Of a stretch of DNA of 64,000 bases, positions 61,806 to 64,000 are shown one piece after another (position 1 is the stretch's first letter; the number at the start of each line of letters is the position of its first letter). The stretch is from Thermoplasmatota archaeon (lineage in GTDB: Archaea; Thermoplasmatota; E2; DHVEG-1; B18-G2), in contig JAPDJO010000028.1 of the NCBI GenBank assembly GCA_029259115.1, forward strand, positions 18,593 to 82,592, in the 5' to 3' direction. A program made the position numbers and the translations under genes. The notes under the pieces are model-generated. The model was given only the letters and a program-made list of their open reading frames with translations, ran no database searches and was not told the DNA's origin.

Positions 61806-62987
61806 ATGAGAGAGATGACCGAATTTCTAAAAAGAGAGTACGAAGAGATGGAAAAGCAAGGGTTAACATGGGTTATAAAATCTCTGAACGGTCCTTCTGA
61901 GCCTCACGTTGTTGTTGAAGGTAAAAAGTGCCTAATGCTTGCATCAAATAACTATCTAAATCTTGCAAATGATCCTAGACTAAAAGAAGCAGCAATTAAG
62001 GCTATAGAGAAATACGGCGCAGGCGCAGGATCGGATTGGTCTATAGCTGGAACGATGGATATTCATGTTGAACTCTACAAAAAGATTGCAGAATTTAAAG
62101 GGACAGAAGATGCCATAACCTTCCAAACAGGATTTGCTGCAAACGCAGGTTTAATACCTCAACTTGCTGGAAAAGGAGACTTACTAGTATCTGATGAGCT
62201 CAATCATGGCTCAATAATAGATGGCGTAAGACTTTCAAAAGCTGAGAGAGCCATATACCCCCACTCTGATATGGCAGCGCTTGAAAAGATTCTCAAGGAG
62301 GCTGACAAGAAAGACTATAGAAGGATAATCATACTAACTGATGGAGTCTTCAGCATGGACGGAGATATTGCAAAACTGAAAGAGATATGGAAGTTAGCAG
62401 AAGAGTATAGAGCAATGGTATATGTTGATGATGCTCATGGAGAAGGAGTACTTGGAGATGGTCATGGAATAGGAAGACATTTCAACCTAGAAAAGGAGAT
62501 CCATTTCCAGATAGGAACTTTCTCCAAAGCCTTTGGTAGTTTTGGTGGCATGCTTGCCGGATCGAGGGATCTAATAAAGTTCGCTTATAACAAAGCTAGA
62601 ACTTGGCTATTGAGTGCTGCATTTCCTCCTCACGTTGCAGCTGCAAATATTGCTGCTCTAGAGATTGTAGAAAAGGAGCCTGAGAGGGTGAGAAAGCTCT
62701 GGGAGAATACAAGGTACTTCAAGAAAGAGATAGAGAGCATGGGCTATGATACGGGAATGTCTGAGACTCCAATCATACCAGTAATAGTCGGAGATAGTAA
62801 AAAAGCAAAACAACTAGCAGAGAGATTGTATCAAGAGGGAATATTTGCTCTAGCTATAGTTTATCCAATGGTTGCAAGAGATAAAGCTAGAATAAGGAAT
62901 CAGATGAATGCAGGAATGACCAGAGAAGATCTTGATTTTGCTCTAAGCGTTTATGAAAAACTTGGGAAGGAACTGAAGATAATATAA
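61806..62987 (+). CDS. kbl: glycine C-acetyltransferase (2-amino-3-ketobutyrate CoA ligase) / AONS family
   Basis: ASNNYL.LA, SDELNHGSIIDG, DGVFSMDG, DDAHGEG, GTFSKAFG, ARIR. Confidence 0.8.
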   Translation: MREMTEFLKREYEEMEKQGLTWVIKSLNGPSEPHVVVEGKKCLMLASNNYLNLANDPRLKEAAIKAIEKYGAGAGSDWSIAGTMDIHVELYKKIAEFKGTEDAITFQTGFAANAGLIPQLAGKGDLLVSDELNHGSIIDGVRLSKAERAIYPHSDMAALEKILKEADKKDYRRIIILTDGVFSMDGDIAKLKEIWKLAEEYRAMVYVDDAHGEGVLGDGHGIGRHFNLEKEIHFQIGTFSKAFGSFGGMLAGSRDLIKFAYNKARTWLLSAAFPPHVAAANIAALEIVEKEPERVRKLWENTRYFKKEIESMGYDTGMSETPIIPVIVGDSKKAKQLAERLYQEGIFALAIVYPMVARDKARIRNQMNAGMTREDLDFALSVYEKLGKELKII

Positions 62988-63079
62988 TCTCTCCTCTCTT
63001 ATTAATTGATTTTTAGCCTTGTTTATTTCAAAAATTTTTTACATTTAATAATTATTCATGAATTGAAATAGGTGAGAAT

Positions 63080-64000
63080 ATGATGATGAAGAAAATTGTA
63101 GCAGTGTTTTTGGTTGGTGTTTTAATTGCTCTTTCAGCAAGCGTATCCAACTTATCCGAAGCTAAAACTCTCAAGGAGAAGAATAAACCTGTACTAAGTG
63201 TCCTCAAACTATTTTTCGGTGAGAGAACAAGTTTTCTTCCAAAAATAAAATTCTTGAGAGAAATATTCGATAGAAATATGATCAGGTATAGAGAAAATGA
63301 TCATCCAAAAGGTACACTAGACGGAGATGATGAAGCAAAACTACCGACTTGGGGTCTAGGATACTATTGGAAATATGACATGATTTTTGGTTTCGAGCAT
63401 GATGTTGCAAGCATGAAGAATGGTCATGTTAAGAATATGAGAGCTGAGGTTGTGGATATAAAGGATGGTAACTACATTATTGAGCTTACAAGTGATGGTA
63501 TAGAGGGTAAGCTTAGGATTATGGATTGGGTATCAGCCACATTGAAGGGAGATTTTAGTGGAAGTGCAATTTTGGATGTAAGAACTCTTGGTCTGAAGGA
63601 ATTTAAGTTCCACATATCCGGCAAACTAGGTGGGAGAAGTTTGAATGTCGTGTTTGGAATGGAAATAGAGAAGGGTTTGCTGAACTTTCTCGAATTCCCT
63701 CTCAAAAAAGGAAAAGAATGGGATATATCCTGTAAAGCAAAGTATACAATAAAAGGTAATTGGGGTATGTTTACATTCTCCCACTCTGACAGTGGGTCGT
63801 TCAATGACCACATGAAATGTGTCGATCATAAGAAAAAAGATGATTATGACTCTTTCTTGGTTTCAGGGGAGCTTGGAAAACCATCGGAGATATGGTTCTC
63901 TCCCGAGGTTGGATTTCTTGTCTCTGTCAATGAAAAATTACCGAACTGGGGTGGATTAACTGCAATATTTAAGTTGAATCTGCTAGAGACCAACTACATT
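63080..64000 (+). CDS. secreted protein, partial (runs off the right edge; not in ORF track)
   Basis: GGTGA SD, ATG at 63080, MMMKKIVAVFLVGVLIALSAS signal peptide, frame open to the window end. Confidence 0.8.
   Translation, partial: MMMKKIVAVFLVGVLIALSASVSNLSEAKTLKEKNKPVLSVLKLFFGERTSFLPKIKFLREIFDRNMIRYRENDHPKGTLDGDDEAKLPTWGLGYYWKYDMIFGFEHDVASMKNGHVKNMRAEVVDIKDGNYIIELTSDGIEGKLRIMDWVSATLKGDFSGSAILDVRTLGLKEFKFHISGKLGGRSLNVVFGMEIEKGLLNFLEFPLKKGKEWDISCKAKYTIKGNWGMFTFSHSDSGSFNDHMKCVDHKKKDDYDSFLVSGELGKPSEIWFSPEVGFLVSVNEKLPNWGGLTAIFKLNLLETNYI

Overview
Gene-dense, AT-rich archaeal chromosome segment. It is most consistent with a Thermoplasmata lineage (MBG-D/DHVE-like, probably a thermophilic peptide fermenter); this is inferred from gene content, not from a database search. 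Housekeeping genes include pyrG, proS, pheS, leuS, rpl40e, aIF5A, KEOPS kae1/bud32/cgi121, hel308, folD, trmJ, a ttuA-like gene, tRNA-Phe(GAA) and tRNA-Arg(GCG). The window also holds a group 3b NiFe sulfhydrogenase operon with fused beta-gamma subunits and a coupled M32 carboxypeptidase, a tetraether lipid synthase (Tes) homologue, threonine catabolism genes (tdh, kbl), two two-component loci and several secreted surface proteins or peptidases. I saw no CRISPR array, rRNA, transposase or integrase. The most unusual block is about 25.2-32.4 kb. It contains a RadA-type HhH fused to a stripped-down MCM AAA+ ATPase heading a four-gene operon, a promoter-bearing hairpin sRNA candidate with anti-Shine-Dalgarno (CUCC) motifs in its loop, a stand-alone catalytically degenerate LAGLIDADG protein, and a degenerate class II aldolase divergent from lsrF. 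Small ORFs missed by the ORF track are L40e, a 24-aa leaderless PDP-repeat peptide and a 42-aa acidic peptide. All family assignments are from motif recognition by eye.
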